Source: Octopus sinensis (taxonomy: Eukaryota). From it: a stretch of 64,000 nt of DNA. The stretch covers positions 12,896,001-12,960,000 of the forward strand of contig NC_043025.1 in the NCBI RefSeq assembly GCF_006345805.1, given 5' to 3'. A program made the translations under genes and the position numbers. Positions 25,909 to 38,080 of the stretch are shown here, piece by piece; position 1 is the first letter of the stretch; the number at the start of each line of letters is the position of its first letter. The notes under the pieces were generated by a model that had not been told where the DNA came from, ran no database searches, and saw only the letters and a program-made list of their open reading frames with translations.

Positions 25909-27238
25909 GTATGTATTAAACTAAGCTCTTATTTTTGGCCCCAGGTCAGCTACAATCATGGTGTTCCAGCCATGGCAATCACCTCTTACTTTCACAGAGA
26001 GGACAGACGAATGCACATGGCATGGTGTTCAACATTTTGCACTCATGATTGTAACTGTGTCTGGCAAAGTGGTTACGGTATTCAGCTCATGAATACTCGG
26101 GGTCGAGTAAATAAGTACCAGTTATGCACTGGGGTCGATATAATCGACTTAATCCGTTTGTCCCCTCTGTGTTTAGCCCCTTGTGGGTAGTAAAGAAATA
26201 GGTATTCAGCTCATGATCGTAAAGTTGTGAGTTCAATTCCTGGTGGTAATTTGCGTCCTTGAGCAAGACACTTTATTCCACGTTGCTCCAGTCTGGGCTG
26301 CTGGCAAAAATGAGTAGTACCTGTAATTCACAAGGGGATCAGCCTTGACACATTCCGTGTCACATTGAATCTCCCTGAGGACTACATTATGGGTAGGTGT
26401 GTCTGTGGAGTACTCAGCCACTTGCACGTTAATTTTACAAGCAGATTGTTTCATCGATCGAATCAACTCCTCATCCTAACCAATGGAGTGCCTGTTCGCC
26501 CTCGTAATCTTAGCTGTGGTTTTAGTTCCTGGGCTGGGTGGTATCTTTTTTCTTTTTTTTTACTTGTTTCACTCATTTGACTACGGCCATGCTGGAGCAC
26601 CGCCTTTTAGTCGAGCAAATCGACACCAGGTCTTATTCTTTGTAAGCCCAGTACTTATTCTATCGGTCTCTTTTGCCGAACCGCTAAGTAACGGGGACGT
26701 AAACACACCAGCGTCGGTTGTCAAGCAATGCTAGGGGGACAAATACAGACACACACATATATATATACGACGGGCTTCTTTTAGTTTCCGTCTACCAAAT
26801 CCACTCACAAGGCTTTGGTCGGCCCGAGGCTATAGTAGAAGACACCTGCCCAAGGTGCTACGCAGTGGGACTGAACCCAGAACCGTGTGGTTAGTAAGCA
26901 GGCTACTTACCACACAGCCACTCCTGCGCCTATGTTGTGTTTACTGAAAGGAGCTGTCCTCGAGACAGCTCTGGAATTCAGCCCATATATGGCAGGAGCA
27001 GTATTGATGGGGGCAGAATTGGGATCCTAATGCCAAGGTGCCACGTAAAAAGCACCCAGTGCACTCTAAGGCGGTGGGGCCCAAACGTTTTTCTCTGGAG
27101 TGTATTTTCAGAATGAAAATTTGCTCGCTCTCCTCCAAAGATCCAGAGAGTGGGTTACAGGGAAATAACCGTGGATTCGAAGTCAGGACATCACCATTAT
27201 CTCTGCCAATTTGGGGATTCAAGTTACTATCTTCTTAA

Positions 27239-27447
27239 CCCTTTAGCATTCAGATTATTCTATCAAACATAATGCCTATTGATTCCCATTGATTTGAATT
27301 AATCCTGCATTATCTCATATCTTCAAGATGTTGATGGTGTAATTACTTAATGTAGAATAACATTGTAGGGTAGGTGTGAGGGCCTGGATCTGGTCAGTTT
27401 GAACATAAAACAGATTAAATATTTTGGCCGGTTTAAATACTAAAGAG
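27239..27447. mobile_element. piggyBac-like MITE, family 2
   Basis: TTAA|CCCTTTAG...CTAAAGAG|TTAA; internal sequence close to the copy at 12046. Confidence 0.75.
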
Positions 27448-27875
27448 TTAATACTTCATACACAGTAATCCCTTGACTATCACAGGTGTTAACATTCCAA
27501 AACTCCCCTGCGATAGGTGAAAATCTGCAAAGTACAAACACCAATATCTGCCATGACTACAATTTCACTTTGCTTGAAGGGTTTTCTTCTCAAGCGCAGC
27601 AGCATATTGCCAAAGGTCTGTCATTGTCTCTGTGAGGCCCAGTGCTCAAAAGGTGCTTCTTATGTACCACTGGCACAGCTGCTGGTTACATGACACCGGC
27701 ATCGGCCACGACTACAATTTCACTCGGCTTGCCAGGTGTTCCCAAGCATGGCATATCATCAAAGTTCGAAGATCATGCTTCACCACCTAATCCCATGTCT
27801 TCCTGGGTCTACCTCTACCACGGGTTCCCTCTACAGTTAGAGATCAGCACTTCTTTACTCCTATATATATAATAA

Positions 27876-29088
27876 ACTAGCAGTATAGCCCAGCGTTGCT
27901 CGGGCTTATTCTCTTTTCGACCCTTTAGAATTGGAATTTTTGAAAAGTAAAAATTTTGCATTATGTAGCATGTTGTTCTCTTTAAGTGAACATTTTTCTG
28001 GTTGAAATACACTGAAAAATGGCGACACAGGATTAAAAAAATTGTTAAAAAGTAGGGATTTTCATAGAAAAAAAAAAGCACCTTTTTGATGTAAATAATT
28101 TTTGGTGTTAACATGGTCCGTTTTGAATTTTTTCTTCGACGGAAGGAAGAGCAAGCCTTCTTCTATCATACTCTAAATTTTGGTCAACTTGCACCACAGG
28201 GTCTTGGAGGAGATAGTGTTAGTTGAAGGCTACCAAACCTGCCACACACAGACAACTGCAGCTTTATATATATATATATACACACTAGCAGCATCGAAGG
28301 CGTTACTCGGGTTTGTTTCGACCCTTTCGAATTGGAATTTTTGAAAAGTAAAAATTTGGCATTATGTAGCTTGTTATTCTCTTTAAGTGAACATTTTTCT
28401 GCTTGAAATACACCGAAAAATGGTGACACAGCAGTCGAAAAATTGTTAAAAAGTAGGGATTTTCATAGGAAAAAAAAAAAGCACCTTTTTGATGTAAATA
28501 ATTTTTGGTGTTAACATGGTCTGATTTGAATTTTTTCTTCTACGGAAGGAAGAGCAAGCCTTCATCTATCATACTCTCAATTTTGGTCAACTTGCGCCGC
28601 AGGGTCTCGGAGGAGATAGTGTTAGTTGAAGGCTACCAAACCTGCCACACACACACAGACAACTTCAGCTTTATATATATATATATATATACTAGCAGTA
28701 TCGCCTGGTGTTACTCGGGTTTGTTTCGACCCTTTCAAATTGGAATTTTTGAAAATTAAAAATTTTACATTATATAGCTTGTTATTCTCTTTAAGTGAAC
28801 ATTTTTCTGGTTGAAATACACCGAAAAATGGCGACACAGCATTAAAAAAATTGTTAAAAAGTAGGGATTTTCATAGAAAAAAAAAGAACCTTTTTGATGT
28901 AAATAATTTTTGGTGTTAACATGGTCTGATTTGAATTTTTTCTTCTATGGAAGGAAGAGCAAGCCTTCTTCTATCATACTCTCAATTTTGGTCAACTTGC
29001 ACCACAGGGTCTTGGAGGAGATAGTGTTAGTTTGAAGGCTACCAAACCTGCCACACACAGACAACTTCAGCTTTATATAGAGAGAGAT
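27876..29088 (+). mobile_element. Head-to-tail trimer of a roughly 408 bp Helitron/HINE-like non-autonomous element
   Basis: Units start ACTAGCAG at 27876, 28284 and 28691, have a 5' sub-terminal hairpin-like segment (GCCCAG...CTCGGG in unit 1) and end CAGCTTTATATA(TA)n; no TIR or TSD. Confidence 0.6.
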
Positions 29089-29223
29089 AAATATACTCGT
29101 GCACTCTCTGAACATCTATTTCACAATGCATAGACTCAAACTTGATTATTTTTGTGTTGCAGTTACTTTTGTATGTGTACCTGAACGTTTTCCTCCTTTT
29201 TTTTTTCTCCCCCCACCTGACAG

Positions 29224-29418
29224 GAGGTTCCTACTCTGGGCGTAGCCGTGACTTCTCCAGAGACACTGAGCAATGGCAACACAGCCCACCTATGAGCTAC
29301 TCCTCTGGGCCGAAGGGCTACGACCGTGCAGAGAGAGGAGGCCGTGGCTTTGGTGGCCCACCACGCCAGCGACGCAACAGTGGAGGGCCCTCCCAGGACT
29401 TCCCAGAACCAACAGCAG
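29224..29418 (+). CDS. EIF4H: eIF4H exon 6 (RG/RGG-rich linker to DFPEPTA)
   Basis: Polypyrimidine tract and GACAG| acceptor, CAG|GTAACT donor, 195 nt, phase 1 at both ends; DFPEPTA matches eIF4H DFREPTE. Confidence 0.9.
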
Positions 29419-31540
29419 GTAACTTCTGACTTCATCTTCCTTCTTTCTCCCAACATCACTTTCATTTTTTTTTTTTTACCTTGATGAGGTGAGTGTCATG
29501 GCTGGAATGGAGATGGGTGAAGGACTCCATATTTAATCACCATCATCATGTAATGTTATTCCATACCACATATAGAGCTGTGTGGAGGTGAGCTGGCAGA
29601 AACGTTAGCACGCCGGGCGAAATACGTAGCCGTATTTCAAGTACCAGTTACGCACTGGGGTCGATGTGATCGATTTAATCCCTTTGTCTGTCCTTGTTTG
29701 TCCCCTCTGTGTTTAGCCCCTTGTGGGTAGTAAAGAAATATATGTGTGGAGGTGCATGGCTAAGTGGTTAGCTAGCAGAATCGTTAGCACGTCGGGTGAA
29801 ATGCTTAGCGGTATTTCGTCTGCCGTTACGTTGTGAGTTCAAATTCCGCCGAGGTCGACCTTGCCTTTCATCCTTTCGGGGTCGATAAATTAAGTACCAG
29901 TTAAACACTGGGGTCGATATAATCGACTTAATACCTATGTCTGTCCATGTTTGTCCCCTCTATGTTCAGCCCCTTGTGGGTAATAAAGAAATAGGTTAGG
30001 GTGTTGAATTCATGATCGTATGGTTGTGGTTTCAATTCCTGGACCGGGCGATGCATTGTGTTCTTGAGCAAAACACTTCATTTTCACGTTGCTCAAGTCC
30101 ACTCAGCTGGCAAAAGTGAGTAATACTGCGACGGACCGGTGTCCCATCCAGGTGGGGAATTTCTACGCCACTGAAACCGGGAAACCGGCCCTTATGAGCC
30201 TGGCATGGCTCGAGAGGGAACATTTATTTTATTTATTTAACATGGTACCAGTGCCGGTGGCACGTGGCACACAAGAAAACCATCCGAACGTGGCCGTAGC
30301 CAGTACCGCATCGACTGGCCTCCATGCTGTGGGCACGTAACAAACACCATCCGATCGTGGCCGTCTGCCAGCCTCGTCTGGCACCTGTGTCGGTGGCACA
30401 TAAAATCACCCACTACACTCTCGGAGTGGTTGGCGTTAGGAAGGGCATCCAGCTGTAGAAACACTGCCAGATCTGACTGGACTGGTGCAGCTTTCGGGCT
30501 CCCCAGACCCCAGTTGAACCGTCCAACCCATGCTAGCATGGAAAGCGGACGTTAAATGATGATGATGATATATGTTTGGAATGTGCAATAAAATATTATT
30601 TGAAACATGGAATAACTGATGTCTGACAAAGTGAACGAACCATAATTTTATTTTATTGCATATATTAAATATCTATATATGTGGTATAGAACAAAAAAAT
30701 GTTTATTGAAAGGATTATATAGGCGTAGGAGTGGCTGTGTGCTAAGTAGCTTGCAATCCAACCACATTTTTCCGGGTTCAGTCCCACTGCGTGTCATCTT
30801 GGGCAAGTGTCTTCCACTATAGCCTCGGGCCGACCAATGCCTTTTGAGTGGATTTGGTAGACGGAAACTGAAAGAAGCCTGTCGTATATATGTATATATA
30901 TATATATGTGTGTGTCTCCCTAGCATTGCTTGACAACCGATGCTGGTGTGTTTATGTCCCCGTTACTTAGCGGTTCGGCAAAAGAGACCGATAGAATAAG
31001 TACTAGGCTTACAAAAGAATAAGTCCCAGGGTCGATTTGCTCGACTAAAGGCGGTGCTCCAGCATGGCTGCAGTCAAAATGACTGAAACATGTAAAAGAG
31101 AGTGCAGAATCAATTTGGATTTCTCGTTTTCTCCTTCATTATTATTCATTTATTCAACAGGTGGGGGTTGGCGTCAGGAAGGGCATCCGGCTGTAGAAAA
31201 CTTGCCAGACGCATAACGCTGCGTATATGTGCATTCATGTCTCTCCTGATTTATCCATGTCAAATCTCGGCTCTATCCTGCAGCTTAGAGACACAACACT
31301 TTTCTCAACACCTGAGCAGTCCCAAATATTTGCTGCCAACTCAATGCTCTCTGTGAAGTTTGGTATTTGCGGCTTTTGATGCCAGAATAATGCTTGTTTC
31401 CAGATGCCCCCCCCCCTTCCCCAAGTGCACCAATCACAATAGGTACCACGTTCAGTTTTGAGGCTCTGTTATGGATTCTTTTCACTTCTGGTCCTAAGTC
31501 TTGGTACTTCCTGGGTCTGCAGGTATAGAGTTACATTTAA

Positions 31541-31761
31541 AGCGGCGAGCTGGCAGAAACGTTAGCATGCCGGGCAAAATGCTTAGCGGTATTTCGTTTG
31601 TCATTACGTTCTGAGTTCAAATTCCGCCGAGGTCGACTTTGCCTTTCATCCTTTCGGGGTCGATAAATTAAGTACCAGTTACGTACGGGGGTCGATGTAA
31701 TCGACTTAATACCTATGTCTGTCCCCTCTGTGTTTAGCCCCTTGTGGATAATAAAGAAATA
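31541..31761 (+). mobile_element. SINE family C (GCGGCGAGCTGGCAGAA...GTAAAGAAATA), full length, with a 34 bp flanking duplication. About 12 loci in the window
   Basis: tRNA-like A box TGGCAGAAACGTTAGC and B box GAGTTCAAATTCC; duplication 31503-31536 / 31762-31795 (1 mismatch). Confidence 0.85.
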
Positions 31762-32073
31762 GGTGCTTCCTGGGTCTGCAGGTATAGAGTTACATCAATG
31801 AAGCTCCATTCTTTGGACTCCTTCTTTAGAAAATTGATATTTGGTCCGTATATATTGGCAGATCTTATGTGAGTCCTACCTGGTTGTTCTCTACAACTGG
31901 TAAACATTGGTGTTCATACCACTTGTTGGAACACTCTAGCCCATACTTCTTGCGCAACTCCCAGTATTTTCAAACTGTTACTATATCATGGCAGTTTTTG
32001 TACTCCTCCTGGGCCAGTTTTTGAGCATACACTAATTATGCCTGTCACAGACAATTTTCCACATAGTCTACAC

Positions 32074-32276
32074 CAGTGCTTTTCAACCTTTCTGCTGGAG
32101 CGGAACCCCAAGGAAACATTCCACTGGCTCGAGGAACCCCTGTGCAATAATTTAATAGTCTTATATGCACACATATCTGCACAGGGGACTTAAGAATTAC
32201 TGCCGATTTTAGCAGTTTTGTAACTTCTTGCGGAACCCCCGGACTGTACTGGTGGAACCCTGGTTGAAAACCACTG
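32074..32276. mobile_element. hAT-superfamily MITE (203 bp)
   Basis: 15 bp TIR CAGTGCTTTTCAACC / GGTTGAAAACCACTG (1 mismatch) and perfect 8 bp TSD GTCTACAC (32066-32073, 32277-32284). Confidence 0.9.
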
Positions 32277-32641
32277 GTCTACACCAAAGTCCCACTTTTT
32301 CTTTTTCTCTTGGACCACGGGAGGGTAGTGTTCCTTTGCTTTGTCCAGCGGGACCTCTCTTCCTCCCGCAGACCCTGAGTCCTTCGGTGAGCAACCATTG
32401 TTGCCCACCTTTCATTTTCTTTTTTCAAAAAGGTTTCCACCTCGACTTCCTCCTTCTCTCCCTCCAATGAGGGCGGAGGCAGTCTTCTTACCGCACCTAT
32501 ATTTACTGTTAATGTACAAATATGTGTCTAAGTTTTTGTTGTATTTCGGATTGGTCATTTTGCCAGTTTAGCCAATAAAAACACACGCACTATATATTTG
32601 GTGTTACTTTGCTTCAGCGTTATTCATTTTTTTTACATTAA

Positions 32642-32853
32642 CCCTTTAGTGTTCAGATTAAATGTAATACTTTTTCACTCAAATTGTTTTGAATTAATCC
32701 TGCATTATCTTATAGCTTTGAGGTTTCAATGATGTGATTGTTTATTTTCAGAATGGCATTGTAGATTAGGTGTGAGATGCTGGATCTGGCCAGTTTGAAT
32801 ATAAAACATGTAGAATATTTGGGCCAGATATGGCCGGCTTAAACACTAAAGGG
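32642..32853. mobile_element. piggyBac-like MITE, family 2 (degenerate relatives at 48397-48611 and 14174-14388)
   Basis: Perfect 12 bp TIR CCCTTTAGTGTT/AACACTAAAGGG with TTAA on both sides. Confidence 0.85.
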
Positions 32854-33161
32854 TTAATCTTAATCTTATTTCGGCCAGAGTTCTTTCGTCACACTCCTGT
32901 GACCGCATCAGTGGTCCTTTGCTTTCTTCTTTCTTATTTGTGTGTCTCTCCTTACTAGTGGTCAGCCATTTTGTATTTCTATTGTACGTGTCTTCATTTG
33001 CGCATGAGTATACCTCTGTGTGCTTCTATGTTTAGTTAGTGTTGGGGGGGGTGCCTGTAATATTTGTATCTCCTGTTTATATACGTTCGTGTAATTTCTT
33101 TTTGTTTATTTTTATTTTGTTCATGTGTTTACACCTACTTATTATTATTATTATTATTATT

Positions 33162-33632
33162 CGTGCTGGTGGCACGTAAAAAGCTCCATCCGATCGTGGC
33201 CGTTTGCCAGCCCCGTCTGGCACATAAAAAGCACCCACTACACTCTCGGAGTGGTTGGCGTTAGGAAGGGCATCCAGCTGTAGAAACATTGCCAGATCAG
33301 ACTGGGCCTGGTGCAGCCTTCTGGCTTCCCAGACCCCAGTTGAACCGTCCAACCCATGCTAGCATGGAAAGCTGATGCTAAACGATGATAATGATGATGA
33401 TTATGTATGTATGTATCATCATCGTTTAACGTCCATTTTCCGTGCTAGCATGGGTTGGACGGTTCAACTGGGGTCTGGGAAGCCAGAAGGCTGCACCAGG
33501 CCCAGTCTGATCTAGCAGTGTTTCTACAGCTGGATGCCCTTCCTAACGCCAACCACTCCGTGAGTGTAGTGGGTGCTTTTTACGTGCCACCAGCACGGAA
33601 GCCAGCCATGGCGGCGCTGGCATCGGCCACGT
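33162..33632. mobile_element. Tail-to-tail inverted pair of SINE family D (V-domain-like, (GAT)n tail). More than 20 family D copies in the window
   Basis: + copy 33162-33400 and - copy 33416-33632; core GGTTGGCGTTAGGAAGGGCATCCAGCTGTAGAAA resembles the V-SINE domain; tail (GG)ACGTTAAACGATGATGAT. Confidence 0.85.
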
Positions 33633-33706
33633 TCGGATGTATGTATGTATAATAATAAAAAAGTTTGTTTTGTCTTTATTCTTTTATTTTTTTCAATCTC
33701 TTTCAG

Positions 33707-33897
33707 AATCTTCGGTTGGCAGACCACGTCTCGTGCTCCTCCCCAGAACTGTAAAAGAACCCATAAATACTTTTGTGCAGACGGAGAGAAATGCTTCCAT
33801 TTTTGGTACTGGCAAACCCCGTAGTGAGAACCCTACCGAGTTCAGCGATAAGGAGCGGCACAAAGAAAGTCAACGAAACAATGACAGAGACTACTGA
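33707..33897 (+). CDS. EIF4H: eIF4H exon 7, last coding exon (ESSVGRPRLVLLPRTVKEPIN...ASIFGTGKPR...DRDY*)
   Basis: TTTCAG| acceptor; RPRLxLxPRTV and SIFGxxxPR are eIF4H/eIF4B C-terminal motifs; TGA at 33895-33897 closes an 885 nt CDS. Confidence 0.95.
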
Positions 33898-34366
33898 TTT
33901 GTGGGGGAGCCTTGCCTAGGTGGTTGGGGTGAGTAACTTGTCTTCACACCTCAGTGTCATGAGCGCTTGTTGTTGCAAGGGCATAATGGCTTTGTGAATA
34001 GAGTATTTTGTGCTCGTGGTTGCAAGACCAGATGGTGTGTTGTGTTCTTGGGCGAAACAATTTAATTTTGCTTTGTTTTGCTCTGCTGTAATTAATGGAG
34101 AACCTTGAGGTGGACTGGTGTCCCGCTCGGGGTAAAGGGTGGTTGGATCTTAGTCTGTTACAAGCGCTTATTGTCGTGAGGGTACATGGTCTTGTGAATA
34201 CGTCTGCCAAAGACACTTTCCCAAGGTGCCACGCAGTGGGACTGAACCCGGAACCATGTGGTTGGTAAACAAGCTACTTACCACACAGCCACTCCTGCAC
34301 CTTTTGACTAAAAAAAAAAAAAGCCTCCAGTATGGCCATAGTCAAGTGACTGAAACAAGTAAAAGA

Positions 34367-34397
<31 letters not shown>

Positions 34398-34639
34398 AGG
34401 CCTAGTGTTTTGACATGTTGCACTCACAACTGTCAGATGGTGGGTTCAGACCCTAGACCAAGTGGCAAATGGGACTGAACCTGCAACCATGTGGTTGGGA
34501 AACCAACTTCTTACCACACGGCCACAAGAAATATTTCAGATGAAGGTTAAAATGAAATCTTTAAAAGGCTGCCACCCATGCCAACCTCCCTTCATTGGAC
34601 ACCAAAATCTGCTTGCAAAGACCTGTTGGGGCAAGTGAA

Positions 34640-35860
34640 ATCGAAATTGAACCAAATTCGATGACTGGCACCCATGCCAGTGGAGCGCTAGCAGCTCCAT
34701 CTGAGCGGGATCACTGCCAGAGCAGCTGTCTGGCATCCATGCCGGTGGCACGTAAAAAGCGCCATTTGTACGTGATCATTACCAGCGTCGCCTTACTGGC
34801 ACTTGTGCCAGTGACACATAAACAAAACATTCGAGTGCGGTCATTGCCAGTGCCGCTGGACTGGCTCCTGTGCGGGTGGCACGTAAGAAGCACCATTTGA
34901 GCGTGGCCATTACCAGTACCGCCAGACTGGCTCTAGTACCGGTGGCACGTAAAAAGCACCCACTACACTCATGGAGTGGTTGGCATTAGGCAAGGCATCC
35001 AGCTGTAGAAACTCTGCCAGATCAAGATTGGAGCCTGGTGCAGCCTCCTGGCTTCCCAGACCCCAGTTGAACTGTCCAACCCATGCTAGCATGGAAAGCG
35101 GATGTTAAATGATGATGATGATGATAATATGTGAAGGCACATATTATATATGTGTATACCACCTGACTGGGTCATCATGCTGGTGGCACGTAAAAAGCAC
35201 CCACTGCACTCTCGGAGTGGTTGGCATTAGGAAAGGCATCCAGCTGTAGAAACACTCTGCCAGATCAGATTGGAGTCTGGTGCAGTCATCTGGTTCGCCA
35301 GTCCTCAGTCAAATTGTCCAACCCATGCTAGCATGGAAAGTGGACGTTAAACGATGATGATGATAATATGTGAAGGCACATATTATATATGTGTATACCA
35401 CCTGACTGGCTCATCGTGCTGGTGGCACGTAAAAAGCACCCACTACACTCTCGGAGTGGTTGGCATTAGGAAAGGCATCCAGCTGTAGAAACACTCTGCC
35501 AGATCAGATTGGAGTCTGGTGCAGCCATTTGGTACACCAGCCCTCAGTCGAATCGTCCAACCCATGCTAGCATGGAAAGTGGACGTTAAACGATGATGAT
35601 GATGATAATATGTGAAGGCACATATTATATATGTGTATACCACCTGACTGGCTCATCGTGCTGGTGGCACGTAAAAAGCACCCACTACACTCTCGGAGTG
35701 GTTGGCATTAGGAAAGGCATCCAGCTGTAGAAACACTCTGCCAGATCAGATTGGAGTCTGGTGCAGCCATTTGGTACACCAGCCCTCAGTCGAATCGTCC
35801 AACCCATGCTAGCATGGAAAGCGGACGTTAAACGACGATGATGATGATGATGACGACGAC
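34640..35860 (+). mobile_element. Long family D SINE followed by three tandem roughly 240 bp duplicates of its 3' part plus flank
   Basis: ATAATATGTGAAGGCACA at 35124, 35363 and 35605. Confidence 0.85.
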
Positions 35861-35957
35861 TATTATTATTATTATTATTATTATTAAAGCCATTTTTGTT
35901 CCATTTTATTTTGTCTTTATTTATAATTCTTTTTTTTTTTTCTTCTTTTCGTTTCAG

Positions 35958-36760
35958 GATGCCGGCTGTTAGGTGTGTGGGTGGAAACAGACGCTGGTCA
36001 TAGAGGACACCACCTACCTTGTCTGTCTGTCTGTCTGTCTGTTTGTCTTTCTATCTATCTGGTCAGCTCTTTTTTAAGCCACACCCACTGTTCCTCGGGA
36101 GGACGTGTGTGCGTGTGTGTGTGTGTGTGTTTGTTGCGTGTGCGTGCGTATATACGTGTGCGTGCGTGCTGCTGCTGTCTGTTTGTTGCTGTTCTTGTTG
36201 TCGTCGTGGTGGCGGCAACAGCACCGGCGGCGGCGACCCACGGCGGCGGCGGCGGCACCCTCTCTCTGCCTGCTTGTCGTTACCACCACCACTACTACTA
36301 TTACTACTACTACTACTACTACAACTACTACTACTACTACCAGCGCCACCACCATCACAACCACCACCACCGCAACCATCCTCATGTAATGTGCATTCCT
36401 CCAGCGTTTTAGTTGTTCAGACTCACTACTACTACTACTACTATCTTTACTATTACAACAACTACAACTACTACAGCTCAGCTACTATTACTACAACTAC
36501 TACTACTATTACTATTACTCCAACAGCAACATCAGCCTCTGCAGACTATTACCACTACTACTACTACTAATACTACATTGAGCAACAGCAGCAGCAATCA
36601 GGAACATTACAACTACTTACTACTTCTACAGACTAATTATAAACCTTCACTTGTGCTGTGTAACGAAGGTTGTTTAATTAATTCTTCATTGATTCAGTGT
36701 CAATAATTATTTCTTTCTCATCATTGATCTTTTTCTGGTCTTCGTTTTATTTTATTTTTT
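35958..36760 (+). other. Candidate non-coding 3'-UTR exon of eIF4H, rich in (TCTG)n, (GT)n, (GGC)n and (CTA)n repeats; 3' end undefined
   Basis: Strong T-rich tract and TTTCAG| at 35957, pairing with a GTGAGT donor at 33930; no clear AATAAA seen. Confidence 0.4.
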
Positions 36761-36797
36761 AATTTTTTAAATTTTTTTCATCCAGGTTTCATTTCAG

Positions 36798-37613
36798 AGT
36801 AGGGAGTACTCAATACCTGGTTTTTAGCGTTTTTAGTTCCACCTGTTTGATCCCATGCTGTGTTTTTTGCACCCACAGGCTGTTCCCGGATTTATGAAAA
36901 ATAATTGCGTAAATACACTCACCAGGGGAGACATCCTGGAATGCAAAAAAAATCCCCCCAAAAAAGGGTTAAGGGACATTTTGCTTGTGACAAGGTTTCT
37001 GTTGGGGTTTCTAGAATGACCTGATGAAGATATTGTCTGTTATTACATAATGCATTTAAGTTTCTGGGGGGCCAGTAGGGAGTACTCAATACCTGGTTTT
37101 TAGCATTCTTAGTCCCACCTGTTTGATCCCATGCTGTGTTTTTTGTACCTACAGGCTGTTCCGGGAGTTACAAGAAATGATTGCGTAAATACACTCACCA
37201 GGGGAGACATCCTGGAATGCAAAAAAAATCCCCTCAAAAAAGGGATAAGGGACGTTTTGCTTGTGACAAGGTGTCTGTTGGGGTTTCTAGAATGACCTGA
37301 TGAAGATATTGTCTGTTATTACATAATGCATTTAACTGTCTGGGGGCCAGTAGGGAGTACTCAATACCTGGTTTTTAGCGTTTTTAGTTCCACCTGTTTG
37401 ATCCCGTGCCCTTTTTTTTGCACCTACAGGCTGTTCCGGAAGTTACGGAAAATGATTGCGTCTTTACACTCACCAGGGGAGACATCCTGGAATGCAAAAA
37501 AAATGGGATAAGGGACGTTTTGCTTGTGACAAGGTGTCTGTTTGGGGTTTCTAGAATAACCTGATGAAGATATTGTCTGTTATTACATAATGCATTTAAC
37601 TTTCTGGGGCCAG
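36798..37613. repeat. Tandem triplication of a roughly 276 bp unit
   Basis: AGTAGGGAGTACTCAATACC at 36798, 37074 and 37349. Confidence 0.9.
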
Positions 37614-37869
37614 AAACCGGTCATTGTATTGCATGAAGATATATATGAATATATGGCGTTAGGAAGGGCATCCAGCTGTAGAAACTCTGCCAGATCAAGA
37701 CTGGAGCCTGGTGCAGCCATCTGGTTTGCCAGCCCTCAGTCAAAGTCGTCCAACCCATGCCAGCATGGAAAGCGGATGTTAAACGATGATGATGATGAGT
37801 GTGTATACTGCCATAGTTTTTTTTTTCTTTTAGTGTGTGGATGTTAGATATGTTAGTTAGTTAGTTAAT

Positions 37870-38080
37870 TTTTTGGCTCAAAAAGCAAGGCCATGTAGGG
37901 GGACATGGAGTTATGTACAGGGTGGTCTTCATGTAAAGAGTTCAGGCCACTTGAGGTCAAGGGAGACTTTGAACCGAGCGGTCGTCGGCATCTTCACTAT
38001 CTCATCTGGCAGCTTATTCCACGGATCCGCAACCCGGACGGAGAAAGCCCCTCTCTTTCGATTGAGATGAAATCGTGTAT
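37870..38080 (-). mobile_element. CR1-group LINE 3' terminal fragment with a (TAAC)n tail
   Basis: Minus translation RGAFSVRVADPWNKLPDEIVKMPTTARFKVSLDLKW. Confidence 0.7.

Noticed and set aside
1973-33706. Intronic snoRNAs, common in translation-factor genes
   Set aside because: C/D-like TGATGA motifs fall in (GAT)n SINE tails; no terminal stem with an rRNA-complementary guide could be recognised by eye.
35975-36706. Overlapping poly-Y/T/V/L ORFs
   Set aside because: Trinucleotide microsatellites open in several frames on both strands.
37021-37060. CTGATGA motifs as further hammerheads (also about 11455, 16788 and 47258, and CTGAAGA at 38510)
   Set aside because: None is followed by stem II plus GAAA plus NUH with a closing stem I.
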